Below the pieces are notes generated by a model. The model ran no database searches and was not told where the DNA came from. It saw nothing but the letters and a program-made list of their open reading frames with translations. From NCBI RefSeq assembly GCF_009914755.1, contig NC_060947.1: a DNA stretch of 64,000 nucleotides, one strand, 5' to 3'. Position 1 is the stretch's first letter. Every line of letters starts with the position of its first letter. This DNA comes from the human T2T-CHM13v2.0 reference genome, Homo sapiens. Shown piece by piece: positions 41,902-55,800 of this stretch. The translations under genes and the position numbers were made by a program.

Positions 41902-43991
41902 AGGTGGAAGGAGGCAAAGATGGCTGACTACACCCAGCCAGGAGGAACATCTCCCACTGAGGGATCAAGACATTGGAAAGACCAGCACTCTTCTAGCAGA
42001 CCTTGAGACGTAAAGCATTGAGAGTGGATGGGGAGAAGACGCAGATGCTGGGCTGAAAGGCAAATAATCTGAGAACACTGCACAGGGCTACCATGCACCA
42101 GTACTTGTTCCTGGCCCCTACCAACTCCTAGGGAAGGGCTGAGTTGAACAGGCAAAGAGCAACCCACTTACGCCACTGGCCTCTGTAATCCCAGAAGAAG
42201 GAGACCCCCTCAATCACCAGACACTTGAGCTGGCAGGGAGAGCTGCTTAGAGAAGTGGTAGGGGCAGAACTTCAGCCAATGCAGAGCTTAGATGGTTTGA
42301 TGTGGGAGCGTTGGTCATGGAACATGGCCAGGGACACCCATTCTGCTAGGCTCCACTTGCTCTCTTAGGAGACTTTATCCCTAGGGGAACTGTCAGACCT
42401 GAGCTCTGCATGGTGGTCTTTCCTATGAGACAGGGCCAATTTGACCTGAGTAGGCCTTGGTCTGCTGGTCTTCCCTGGAAGCCCAGTCAGGCTGCACCTG
42501 CTTTTAGTGCAACCCCCAGGTACCTCCTGGGAGTCCACATCACAGCACTTCTGCTGGCAGACTGCACCTGACTGGCAGATTGCTCTAGCTGAGTGGTCTC
42601 CACAGACACACAGCAGCCTGACTACAACCTCCCTCTACTGAGATCTCCCCCATGCCACTTTGCCTGCACACATTAGCCTATAGCAATCTCCCACATCACT
42701 TTGCCTGCATGTGTGTGCAAGTATGGACCTTGATTTCTCTTCCCCACTAGGGTATGTGTGCACATGCGCTCTACTGTGTCATTGCTGCCAGCATGAGTGC
42801 AACCTGCTCCCCTCCCCATTGCACTACCATTGTCCTTCACACATTGGCGGACAGAAACCCACTAGCACCACCCCTGCCAGTACCCTCCCCCCAATCCAGC
42901 CAGTGTCCTGTCCCACACCTACACTGCGGCTGGAACAAAAATAGGTACAAAGAAAAGAAAGACATCCCCTGATCTGAGAGGTAACTGCTGGCCACATGAA
43001 TGCTTAGAGGACGAACATAGTCCTGTGCCCATGAATGCCCCACCCCCGTGCTAAGACTACAACACAAATGCATGCACAGGTACCAGTGGGGGTGGGGATA
43101 CTCCACTGCCCTAAGCCAGGCTGTCACTGCTGCTGCTGTGATTGCCCTCATGGAGGCCAGCACCTTGGCACCCACTTGCATCCTGCTGCAGCTAATGAGT
43201 GTGCACCACATCATACTGCTGCTGCCCCTGCAGCTGACACATGCAAATGAGGAGAGATCCCCTGGCACCACCCATTACAGTATTGTGACCAGTGGTCAGG
43301 GGGCACCTTAGCCCTTTCAGTGCAGCAGATTTCTAACCTCAAGGAACCAGAGAACAACCAGGGACTGGTATCAGTCCTCCAGAGTTAGAGCATGTACTGG
43401 AGGTGTCCAGAGCTGAGCCTTGGCCCCCTATAATCTTCCAGAAATGAAGCTAGTCAACCGAACTCACCCTATACCACAATCAAATCCCCAAGGTCATCAA
43501 AAGGAATAAAAGAAAAAAAATCTAAAGGTCAGCAACTTCAAAGACTGAAAAAACACCAGCCCACAAAGATGAGAAAGAACCCAGCATAAAAACTCTGACA
43601 ACTCAAAAAGCCAGATGTCTTCCTTCCTTCAAATAATCACATCAGGTCTACATCAAGGATTCTTAATCAGGTTGAGATGGCTGAAATGACAGAAATATAA
43701 TTCAGAATATAAATAGAAATGAAAATAATCAACATTCAGGAGAATGTTAAAACTCAATCTAAGGAAGCTAAGAATCACAATAAAATGATACAGGAGCTGA
43801 CAAACAAAATAGTCAGTACAGAAAAGAATGTAACCAACATGATAGAGCTCAAAAACATGCTACAAGAATTTTATAGTGCAACTGAAAATATTAAGAGCAG
43901 AACAGACCAAGCTGAGGACAGAATCTCAGAGCTTTAAGACTGGTTTTCTGAAATAAGACAGACAAGAATAAAGAAAAAGAAATGAAAAGGA
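41902..43991 (+). mobile_element. L1PREC2/L1PA13-15-like 5'UTR plus first part of ORF1
   Basis: Starts gaggcaaagatggctgacta..ggaggaacatctcccactgaggg. ORF1 ATG at 43569; coiled-coil peptide KTQSKEAKNHNKMIQEL..RTDQAEDRISEL. Confidence 0.8.
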
Positions 43992-46900
43992 AGTGAACCC
44001 CCAGCAAACTGCAGCATCCTTACAGAAGAGGGACCTGACCATTGAAAGAAAAACAAACAAACAGAAAGCAACAACAATAGCATCAATTTTAAAAAGTCCC
44101 CAACAAAACTTCATCCAAGAGTCAGCAACCTCAAAAATCAAAACTAGACAAACTCAATAAGATGAGAAATAATCAATGAAAAAATGCTGAAAACGCAAAA
44201 GACCAGAGTGCCTCTTATCCGCCAAATGATCACAATACCTCTCCAGCAAGGGCACGTAACTGGATGGAAGATGAGATGGATAAATTGACAGAAGTAGGCT
44301 TCAGAAGGTGGGTAATAACAAACTCTGCTGAGCTAAAGGAGTATGTTCTAACCCAATTCAAAGAAGCTAAGAACCTTGATGAAAGGTTACAGGAGCTGCT
44401 AACTAGAATAACCAGTCTAGAGAGGAATATAAATGACCTGATGGAGTTGAAAAACACAGCATGAGAACTTTGTGAAGCATACACAAGTATCAATAGCTGA
44501 ATCAATGAAGTGAAAGAAAGAATAGCAGAGTTTGAAGACCATCTTCCTGAAATAAGGCAGTCAGACAAGATTAGAGAACAAAGGAAAAAAGGAACGAACA
44601 AAACCTCTGAGAAATATGGAGCTATGTAAAAAGTCTGAACCTATGATTGATTGGAGTACCTGAAAGAGACGGGGAGAATGGAACCAAGTTGCAAAACACA
44701 CTTCAGGATATTATCCAGGAGAACTTCCCCAGCTGGGCGAGACAGGCCAACATTCAAATTCAGGAAATCCAGAGAACCCCACTAAAATACTCCACAAGAA
44801 GATCAAACCCAAGACACATAATCATCAGATTCTCCAAGGCTGAAATGAAGGAAAAAATGTTAAGGGCAACCAGAGAGAAAGGCCAGGTCTTTCTGGGAAA
44901 GGGAAGGCCATCAGACTAACAGCAGATATCTCAGCAGAAACCCTACAAGCCAGAAAAGAGTGAGGGTCAATGTTTTGCATTATTAAGAAAAAGAATTTTT
45001 AACCCAGAATTTCATATCCAGCCAAACTAAGCTTCATAAGCAAAGGAGAAATAAAATCCTTTTCAGACAAGCAAGTGCTGAGGGATTTCATCACCACCAG
45101 GCCTGCTTTGCAAGAGCTTCTGAAGGAAGCACTAAATATGAAAAGGAAAAACTGATATCAGCCATAGCAAAAACACACCAAAATATAAAGACCAATGACA
45201 CTATGAAGAAACTGCATCAACTAAAATGCAAAATAACCAACTAGGATCATGATGATAGGAGCAAATTCATACATAATAATATTAACCTTAAATGTAAAAG
45301 AGCTAAATGATCCAATTAAAAGACATAGACTGGAAAATTAGATAAAGAATCAAGACTCATTAGTGTGTTGTATTCAGGAGACCCATCTCACGTGCAAAGA
45401 CACACATAGGCTCAAAATAAAAGGATGAAAAAAATTTACCAAGCAAATGGAAAGAAAAAAAAAAAGCAGGGTTTGCAATCCCAGTCTCTGACAAAACAGA
45501 CTTTAAACCAACACAAATCGAAAAAGACAAAGAAGGGAATTACATAATGGTAAAAGGATCAATTCAACAAGAAAAGCTAACTATGTTAAATATATGTGCT
45601 CCCAATATAGGAGCACCCAGATTCATAAAACAAGTTCTTAGAGACCTACAGAGAGACTTAGAGTCCCACACAATAATAATGAGAGGCTTTAACACCCCAC
45701 TGTCAATATTAGACAGATCAATGAGACAGAAAATTAACAAGGATATTCAGGACTTGAACTCCGCTCTGGATCAAGTGGACCTAATAGATATCCACAGAAC
45801 TCTCCACCCCAAAAGAAAAGAATACACATTATTCTCAGTGTCACATGGCACTTATTCTAAAATCAACCACATAATTGGAAGTAAAACACCACTCAGCAAA
45901 TGCAAAAGAACTGAGATCATAACCAATAGTCTCTCAGACCACAGCACAATCAAATTAGAACTCAGGATTAAGAAACTCACTCAAAACCACACAACTACAT
46001 GGAAATTGAACAACCTGTTCCTGAATGACTCCTGGGTAAATAATGAAATTAAAGCAGAAATCAAGTAGTTCTTTGAAACCAATGAGAACAAAGAGACCAC
46101 GTACCAGAATCCCTGGAACACAGCTAAGACAGTGTTAAGAGGGAAATTTACAGCACTAAATGACCACAACAGAAAGTTAAAAAGATCTCAAATCAACACC
46201 CTAGTGTCACAAAAAAAAAGAAGAAGAAGAAGCAAGAGCAAACATATCCCAAATCTAGGAGAAGACAATAAATAACTAAGATCAGAGCAGGACTGAAGGA
46301 GATAGAAACAAAAAAATCCTTCAAAATTCAAGGACTCCAGGAACAAATTTTTTGAAAAAATTAACAAAATAGACCGCTAGCTGGAATACAAAAGAAGAAA
46401 AGAGAGAAGAACCAAATAGACACAATAAAAAATGATAAAGGGGATATCACCATTGACCCCACAGAAGTACAAACTACCATCAGAGAGTACTATAAACACC
46501 TCTACACAAATAAACAAGAAAATCAAGAAAAAATCAATTCCTGGACACATACAGCCTCCCAAGACTAAACCAGGAAGAAGTCAAATCCCTGAATAGACCA
46601 ATAACAAGTTCTGAAATTAAGGAAGAAGTTAATCAATTTCTACCTACCAATCAAAAAAAAAAAAAAATAGAGCCCAGGACCAGACAGATTCACAGCCAAA
46701 TTCTACCAGAGGTACAAAGAAGAGCTGGTACCATTCTTTCTGAAACTATTCCAACCAGTTGAAAGGAGGGACTCCTCCTTAACTCATTTTATGAGGCCAA
46801 TATTATCCTGATACCAAAACCTGGCAGAGACACAATAAAAAAAGAAAACTTCAGGCCAATATCCCTGATGAACATTGATGCAAAAATCCTCAATAAAATA

Positions 46901-49355
46901 CTGGCAAACCATACTCAGCAGCACATAAAAGCTTATCCATCATGATCAAGTCAGGTTCATTCTTGGGATGCAAGGCTAGTTTAACATACACAAATCATTA
47001 AACATAATCTATCACATAAACAGAACCAATGATAAAAACCACATGATTATCTCAATAGATGCGGAAAAGGCCTTCGATGAAATTCAACATCCCTTCATGT
47101 TAACAACTCTCAATAAGCTAGGTATTGATGAAACATATCTCAAAATAATAAGAGCTATTTATGCAAACCTACAGCCATTATCATACTGAATGTGCAAAAG
47201 CTGGAAGCATTCCCTTTGAAAACTGTCCCAAGACAAGTATCTCCTCTCTCACCACTCTTATTCAACACAGTATTGGAAGTTCTGGCCAGGGCAATCAGGC
47301 AAAAGAAAGAAATAAAGGGTATTCAAATAAAAAGAAACAAAGTCGAATTGTCTCTTTCTGCAGATGATATGATTCTATATTTAGAAAACCCCATTCCCAT
47401 CATCTCAGCCCAAAAAATCCGTAAACTGATAAGCAACTTCAGCAAAGTCTCAGGATACAAAATCAATGTGAAAAATCACAAGCATTCCTATACACCAACA
47501 ACAGACAAGCAGAGAGCCAAATTATAAATCAACTCCTATTCACAATTGCTACAAAGAGAATAAAATACCCAGGAATACAGTAAACAATGGATGTGAAGGA
47601 TCTCTTCAAGGAGAACTACAAACCACTGCTCAAGGAAATAAGAGAGGACACAACCAAATGGAAAAACATTCCATCCTCTTGAATAGGAAGAATTAATATT
47701 GTGAAAATGGCCATACTGCCCAAAGTAATTTATAGATTCAGTGCTATTTCCATCAAACTACCACTGACATTCTTCATAGAATTAGAAACAACTACTTTAA
47801 ATTTGATATGGAATGAAAAAACAGCCTGTATAGCCAAGACAATCCTAAGCAAAAAGAACAAAGCTGGAGGCATCACGTTTTCTGACTTCAAACTATACTA
47901 CAAGGTTATAGTAACCAAAACAGCATGGTACTTGTACCAAAACAGCATGGTACTTGTACCAAAACAGATATATAGACTAATGGAACAGAACAGAGATCTC
48001 AGAAATAACACCAGACATCTACAACCATCTGATCTTCAACAAAGTTGACAAAAACAAGTAATGGGGAAATAATTCCCTATTTAATAAATGGTGTTGGGAA
48101 AACTGGCTAGCCATATGCAGAAAACTGAAAGTGGACACCTTCCTTACATCTTATACAAAAATTAACTCCAGATGGATAAAAGACTTAAATGTAAAACCCA
48201 AAACCATAAAAACCCGAGAAGAAAACCTAGGCAATACCATTCAGGACATAGGCATGGGCAAAGACTTAATGACAAGAATGCCAAAAACAATGGCAAAAGC
48301 TAAAATTGACAAAGGGGATCTAATTAAACTAAAGAGCTTCTGCACAGCAAAAGAAACCTACAGGCAACCTACAGAACGAGAGAAAATTTTTGCAATCTAT
48401 CCATCTGACAAAAGTCTAATATTCAGAATCCACAAGAAACTTAAAGATATTTACAAGAACAAAACAAACAACCCCATCAAAAAGTGGGCAAAGGATATGA
48501 ACAGATGCGTCTCAAAAGAAGACATGTATGTGGCCAAGAAACATATGAAAAAAAGCTCACCACCACTTAGCATTAGAGAAATGCAAATTAAAACCACAAT
48601 GAGATACTGTCTCATGCCTGCCAGAATGGCGATTATTAAAAAGCCAAGAAACAATAGATGCTGGAGAGGCTGTGGAGAAATAGGAATGTTTTTACACTGT
48701 GGGAATGTATATTAGTTCAACCATTGTGGAAGACAGTATGGGGATTCCTTAAGGATCTAAAACCAGAAATACTATTTGACCCAGCAATTCCATTACTGGG
48801 TATATACCCAAAGGAATATAAATTATTCTACTATAAAAACACATGCACACATATGTTTATTACGGCACTATTTACAACAGCAAACACATAGAACCAGCTC
48901 AAATGCCCATCAGTGATAGACTGGATAAAGCAAATGTGGTACGTATACACCATGGAATACTATGCAGCCATATAAAAGAATGAAATCATGTCCTTTGCAG
49001 GGACATGGATGAAGCTGGAAGCTGTCATCTTCAGCAACCTAATGCAGGAACAGAAAACCAAACACTGCATGTTCTCACTCATAAGTGGGAGTTGAACAAT
49101 GAGAACACATGGACACACGGTGGGGGAACATCACACACCAGGGCCTGTGCGGTTGGGGGGAGAGGGGAGGGAGTGCATTAGGACAAATAGCTAATGCATG
49201 TGGGGCTTAAAATCTAGATGATGGGTTGATAGGTGCACCATGGCACCTGTATACCTATGTAACAAACCTGCATGTTCTGCACATGTATCCTGGGACTAAA
49301 GTAAAATAATAAAAAAATTACATTAAATTAAAAATAAATAATAAAAATTAAAAAA
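43992..49355 (+). mobile_element. Near full-length L1PA8-like element (end of 5'UTR, ORF1, ORF2, 3'UTR), inactivated
   Basis: ORF1 from ATG 44162 (EDEMDKLTEVGFRRWVITNSAELKE; IGVPERDGENGTKLQNTLQDIIQENFP). ORF2 fragments 45547-48891, 3'UTR gcattaggacaaatagctaatgcatgtggggcttaaaa, A-rich tail. Multiple stops and frameshifts. Confidence 0.92.
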
Positions 49356-49356
49356 A

Positions 49357-49890
49357 CAGAAAAGGACACTTGCACACATATGTTTATAGCAGCACAATTC
49401 ACAATTGCAAAGATGTGGACCAACCTAAGTGCCTACGGACTAATGAGTGGATAAAAAAAATGTGGCGTATATGTACACCATGGAATACTACTCAGCCATT
49501 AAAAGGAACAAAATAGTGGTTTTTTGCAGCAATTTGGATGGAGCTAGAGGCCATTATTCTAAGTGAAGTAATACAAGAGTGGAAAAGCAAAAACCATATG
49601 ATCTTACTTACAAGTGGGAGCTAAACTACGAGTACACAAAAGCATGCAGAGTGATATAATGGACTTTGGAGACTCAGAAGTAGGAGGGTGGGAGGGAGGC
49701 CAAGGATAAAAAGCTACACATTAGGTACAATGTACACTACTCAGGTGATGGGTGCATTAAAATCTCTGAATTTACCACTATATAATTCATTCATGTAACA
49801 AAAAAACACAGTACCCCCAAGGCTATAGAAATTTTTAAAAAAGAAAGAACAAAATTATAAAAATAAAATTAAATAAAATTTGAAAAAAAA
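49357..49890 (+). mobile_element. L1PB-type 3' end
   Basis: gacacttgcacacatatgtttatagcagcacaattcacaattgcaaag..gatataatggactttggagactcagaag..A-tail. Confidence 0.85.
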
Positions 49891-50334
49891 AGTATGTGGG
49901 AGAAAGGTAGTGTTTTTAACTCTCAAACCACCCCACTGAGCTTTCAGCAATTTATGAAGTACAGTTTAGATTTCTGTACCCCAGTACTCATTCCCATGAA
50001 GATTTCTGTTCATGAATTTTTACTCTAATAAGTTACAGTTCTCTGTATTCACCTGTCTGTCTTCATTTTTTAGGGGAGGAGTTTGCCCTGTGATCTCACT
50101 TCTCTAATGGATCTAAGAATATTTATTGATTTCTGTGTGTTCAGCTTTCTTCTTCTGTGAAAGAAAGTGACCGCTTTCAAGCTTTTTACACAGCAGATTA
50201 ATAACTAGAAGTCTGGGATCCTTTATTTTTTTTAACTTTCACATCACCCCTTCTTTCTGGAATTTCTTGGCTAGTATAACCAGGAGAACATTTACAAATA
50301 TTGCATTCTAGAACTCTAGTACACAGTTCCAATC

Positions 50335-50555
50335 ATAATCTCTGGAGTTAGATATATTAAAGATTCAATCCAGATTTACCACCACCTTGGTATGTAAACT
50401 TAAGCAAGCCAGCAATTTAACATCTCTGAGAATCAATTTTTTCTCTTTAAAAATGCACATAATTTTGACTACCTTAAAAAGTAAGTGAGAAAATACAGGT
50501 ATAGAATAGTTCTTGGCTCATAAAATCATTTATTACATGATAACTATAATTATTA
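50335..50555 (+). mobile_element. MIR SINE, degraded
   Basis: tctggagttaga..aacttaagcaag..tttaacatctctgag..ttaaaaatg resembles the MIR core. Confidence 0.55.
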
Positions 50556-50849
50556 GGAACGAATAATAAAGTAGCATAAAAATTTTCATCACACCACTTC
50601 CAAGCATGATGCCTTATCTCGTTTCTATCTTTTTTTAACATTTTTCTGAAATTTTCATTAACCCAATAAATCTAGCTATGATTGTTACAAATACAATTCA
50701 AACCACAATGATAAAGATATATCTGAACCACATCTCCGTTGGCAAGTTAATTTTGGTCAGATATTCTTGTCACCCATATAGATTTCTAAGAATTACAGTT
50801 CCAATATAATTTTAACCCCCACTAATTTTCTAAACATACCATGAATTAT

Positions 50850-51501
50850 TTCAACAAGTGAATCAAGTATCACATTTCAGAACTGAATTTGAAACAAAAA
50901 TCCCATGTATTGTTGAATTGCACCTAATTGTAGGAATGGGTCAGTTTGTGTTTCTATTTACTATTGAATAAATGACAAAGCCCCTTCATTTTGGGTATGG
51001 TGAAGACAGCTGCTAAAAACCTTTGCCCTCAGCCTTGTCAACATGAATTCTAATTTCTCTAGAACAACTGTTTCAGTGTGGGATGGCTGGCTTCAGTGGT
51101 GAGTGCCCATTGCATTGAATATGGAACAATCAACTATTCTCCTGGTGGGCTGTACCATTTTGATTCCAACCAGCACTGTCGGAGTGTTCCAGCTGCTCCA
51201 CATTTTCTGCAGCCCCGGACATGGTCAGTCATTGTCACAGTGGCCCCTCTAATAGCTTCCTGGTTGTATTTCAAGGTGTATTTGATGTACATTTCTCCAG
51301 GGGAGAGATATAGGACACCTTTTGAAGTGGTTCCTTACAGCCCTTTTGAGGAAGCGTCTGTTCAAGTCTTTTGCTGGTTTTTAAACAGCATCATTTTTTT
51401 TCCCCCATTGGAGTTTTGACAACTCTTTCTATATTCTGGGTAGGAGTCCTTGCACGTGTGTGAGATTTGCAAATATTTTCTTTCCCAAACTCTAGGTTGC
51501 T

Positions 51502-51503
<2 letters not shown>
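50850..51503 (-). mobile_element. Ancient L1M 3' fragment
   Basis: Minus strand CAACCTAGAGTTTGGGAAAGAAAATATTTGCAAATC..AAAAGACTTGAACAGACGCTTC resembles late ORF2. Confidence 0.6.
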
Positions 51504-51539
<36 letters not shown>

Positions 51540-51745
51540 CGAGAGCATCTGAAGCAGAGCAAAGTAAAGGTGAGTGGTTCAGGTGGGAGGACACCGCATT
51601 TCTCCCCTTATCTAGTATGTGCAGTGGCTCCCTCTGTCAATGTGCAGAGATGTCTGTGCAGGGAGACATCATGAAAAAGCAGGTGTGCTTTATTCTTAAT
51701 AATGCATTTCTGATTCTTGTCTGGGGCTTGAGGGCTCTTGGCCCA

Positions 51746-52583
51746 TAAGCCTTGGAAAAGATGTCTTTGGGTCTTGCACATTAGCCTGTGTTGAACCTTG
51801 TGGCAAATTCTGGGCCCTGGACAGCGCAAGGGAGAAAGAGGTCTTAGGGAAGAGCTGGGCAGTGGCTTCACGACATGGAGATCCAACTGGAATTCTTCAG
51901 GCAGAGCCTTTCTCCAGGGACCAGGCTTGGGCATCTGGGAGGAGTCCTGGGGCATTGCCGCTCTGTAGCAAGGTTTGAGGTACAAGATGTACTGGGAAGA
52001 AGGGCTGATTCCAGGCATGGGGTTTGCTGTGGGTCCCATCAGGTGTGGGGAGCCTTGTGGAGCCTCACTCTTCGTTACTGCAGGTGCCACACACACCTTC
52101 TCTGCTCTCTGGGTTCTCACAGATCCATCTTCAATGTTGATCTCCCAGGTGGTCCTGTGCTTATCAGCATGGGCCAGCAGGCACGAACAGGGAACAAGAG
52201 ATCCTTCAAGGATATCAGACCTGCTCAGGGACCATCAGGAGAAGCACATGGAAGGAGCTGAGCTGCAGGGCTCTCTGTGAGTGCAGAACCAGAACCTCCT
52301 CTCCCAGGGGCAGTTGCAGGACCATTTCTGGTTCCAAGACTATGATGATCACCTCCCTCTGGGGAAGCTGTGGACCCTGGGGCAGTTCCAGGGGCAGCTG
52401 TGCAGGGTGGTGGGGACCTGGCTGCACTGGGGCTAGTTCTGCACCTGTCTGAGGACCCAGTTCCACTTTCTGACATTTTGGGGCATTTGACTGCATCTTG
52501 GTGGAGCTGCTCTCTCCTGCATGGTCACTTTTAGATTCTGTGGAGGAATCACTGGGGCTTCTGGGGCTCCGAGAAACATTCAT
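51746..52583 (-). pseudogene. PRR23D-like proline-rich protein (PRR23 family) pseudogene, intronless CDS
   Basis: ATG 52583: MNVSRSPRSPSDSSTE..NAPKCQKVELGP..LELPQ..IIVLEPEMVLQLPLGEEVLVL..LMVPEQV. Frameshift(s) at ~52218-52150, then EDGSVRTQRAEKVCVAPA..MGPTANPMPGISPS..LPSSSLRPLSP..PGPRICHKVQHRLMCKTQRHLFQ, collinear with the recalled PRR23D1 sequence. AATAAA on minus at 51689-51694. Confidence 0.8.
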
Positions 52584-52825
52584 GGTCAAGGTTTCTGGGC
52601 TTCTCAGTGTCAGCCAATGAGAGTCATTTTCTATGTTCTGCAAAGATCTCCCTTTGGCGCCTGGATTTTTTTTTAAGTTTAGCACGAGCATCTGATTTAT
52701 TTTGGATAAATACACAAACCTGGTCTGGAAGCAATAGTACTCCCTGGAAAACTGGGAATAACACAGTTTTCATTACATAGGAAATGTAGTGTGCTATCTT
52801 GATTTATTTCTCATTCCTAGCTTAT

Positions 52826-55800
52826 CTTTTTTTTTAATTTCAATAGGTTTTGAGGAACAGGTGATGTTTGGTTACATGAATACATTATTTAGTGGTGATT
52901 TCTGGGATTTTAATGCACCCATCACCAGAGCAGTATACACTGTACCCAATGTGTAGTCTTTTATCCCTCACCACCCCCAACCCTTTCCCCCCGAGTCCCC
53001 AAAGTCCATTGTATCATTCTTCTGCCTTTGCATCCTCATAGTTTACCTCCCACTGATGAGTGAGAATACACAATGTTTGGTTTTTCATTCCTGAGTTACT
53101 TCACTTAGACTAATGGTCTCCAATTCCATCCAGGTTGCTGCTAATCCCATTATTTTGTTTATTTTTATGGCTGAGTAGTGTTCCATGTTGTGTGTGTGTA
53201 TGTGTGTGTATCTCACAATTTCTTTATCCATTTGTTGATTGATGGGCATTGGGGCTGGTTCCATACTTTTGCTCTCTAAGGAATCTCCACACTGTTTTCC
53301 ATAGTGGTTGTACTAGTTTACATTCCCACCAGCAGTGTAAAACTGTTTCCTTTTCACTAATTCCACACCAACGTCTATTATTTTTTGACTATGGCAATTC
53401 TTGCAGGAGTAAGATGGTATCACATTGTGGTTTTGATTTGCATTTATCTGATTATTAGTGATGTTGAGCATTTTTTCATATGTTTGCTGGCCATTTCTAT
53501 ACCTTTTTTAAAATAATTGTCTATTCATGTTTTTAGCCCACTTATTGATGGGATTGTTCTGTTCTTGCTGATTTGTTTGAGTTCCTTGCAGATTCTGGAT
53601 ATTAATTAGTCCTTTGCCAGATGTATAGATAATGAAGATTTTCTCCAACTCTGTGGGTTGTCTGTCTGTTTACTCTGCTGATTGTTTCTTTTTCTGTGCA
53701 GAAGCTTTTTAGTTTAATTAAGTCCCATCTATTTATTTTTGTTTTTGTTGCATTTGCTTTTGGGTTCTTGGTCAAGAAGTCTTTGCTTAAGCCAATGTCT
53801 AGAAGGGTCTTTCCAATGTTATCTTCCAGAATTTTTATAGTTTTCAGTCTTAGATTTAAGTCCTTGATCCATCTTGAGTTGATTTTAGTATAAGGTGAGA
53901 AATGAGTTTCATTCTTCAACATGTGGCTTGTCAATTATCCCAACACCATTTGTTGAATAGGTTGTCCTTTCCCCATTTTATATTTTTGTTGCTTTGTCAA
54001 AGGTCAGTTGGTTGTACTTATTTGGCTTTAATTCTGGGTTCTCTATTCTGTTCCATTGGTCTATGTTCCTATTTTTACACCAGTACCATGCTGTTTGGGT
54101 GACTATGGCCTCATAGTATAGTTTGAAGTTGGGTAATGTGATCCCTCCAGATTTGTTCCTTTTGCTTAGTCTTGCTCTGAGTATGTGGGGTCTTTTTTTG
54201 GTTCCTTATGAATTTTAGTATTGTTTTTTGTGGTTCTGTGAAGAATGATGGTGATATTTTGATGTGAATTGCATTGAATTTGTAGATTACTTTTGGAAGT
54301 ATGGCAATTTTCACAATATTGATTCTGCCCATCCATGAGCCTAGGATGTGTTTCGTTTATTCATGTCATCTATGATTTCTTTCAGCAGTGTTTTGTAGGT
54401 TTCCTTGTAGAGAACTTTTACCTCCTTGATTAGGTATATTTCTAAAGTATTTTATTTTTTTGCAGCTATTGTAAAAGGGGTTGAGTTCTTGATTTGACTC
54501 TCCACTTGGTTGCTGTTGGCGTATAGCAGAGCTACTGATTTGTGTACATGAATTTTGTATCCTGAAACTGTGCTGAATTCATTTATCAGTCCTAGAAGCT
54601 TTTTGAAGTAGTCTTTAGGGTTTTCTAGTATACAGTGATATCATCAGCAAACAGTGACAGTTTAACCTTCTCTTTACCAATTTGGATGCCTTTATTCCTT
54701 TTTCTTGTCTGATTGCTCTGGCTAGGGCTTCCAGTACTATGTGGAATAGAAGTGGTGGGCATGAACATCCTTGTCTTGTTCCAGTTCTCAGGGCAAATGC
54801 TTTCAACTTTTCCTCGTTCAGTATAATGTTGGCTGTGGGTATATCAATTGTTTTTATTACCTTAAGGTATGTCTCTTCTATGACAGTTTTGCTGATGGTT
54901 TTAATCATAAAGTGATGCTGGATTTTGAGAACGCTTTTTCTCCATTTATTAATATGATTATTTGATTTTTGTTTTTAAGTCTATTTATGTGGTTATCACA
55001 TTTATTAACTTGCATATGTTAAACTATCCCTACATCTCTGATATGAAACCCACTTGGATATGCTGTTGGATTCGGTTGGCTAGTATTTGGTTGAGAATTT
55101 TAGCATCTATATTCATCAGGAATATTGGTCTATAGTTTTCTTTTTTTTTTCTTTTTTCTTTTTTTTTTTTTGAGACAGAGTCTCGTTCAGTCAGCCAGTG
55201 GAGTGCAGGGGCATGATCTTGGCTCGCTGCAACCTCCATTCCCAGGCTCAATCAATCCTCCTGCCTCAGCCTCCTGAGCAGCTGGGAAAACAGGCATGTG
55301 CCACCACATCTGGCTAATTTTTGTTTTTTTAGTAGAGATGGGGTTTCACCACGTTGGCCAGGGTGGTCTCAAACTCTTGACCTCAGGTAATCTGCCTGCC
55401 TCAGCCTCCCAAAGTGCTGGGATTACCTGCATGAGCCACCGTGCCCAGCCAGGTTTTTTTGTTGTTGTTTTGTCTTTTCCTGGTTTTAGTATTAGGGTAA
55501 TGTTGTCTTCATGGAATGATTTAGGTAGGATTCCCTCTTTCTCTGTCTTGTGTAATAGTGTCAATAGGATTGGTATCAATTCTTCTTTGAATGTCTGATG
55601 GAATTCAGCCATAAATCTGTCTTGACCTGGACTTTGTTTTTGTTGGCGATTTTTTTATTACCATTTTATTCTCGCTGCTTGTTATTGGTCTATTCAGAGT
55701 TTCTATATCTTCCTGATTTAATCTACAAGGGTTGTATATTTCCAGGAATTTATCCATCTTCTCTAGGTTTTTTAGTTTATGTGTGTAAAGGTGTTTATAC

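Noticed and set aside
42711-43311. Cys/His/Pro-rich ORFs
   Set aside because: They fall in a CpG-decayed L1 5'UTR, and base composition explains the peptides.
51504-51537. T34 run as the poly(A) tail of a processed PRR23 pseudogene
   Set aside because: It lies ~150 nt from the AATAAA, I found no matching TSD, and it sits at an A-rich position next to an ancient L1 fragment. An expanded homopolymer is more likely, though a tail is not fully excluded.
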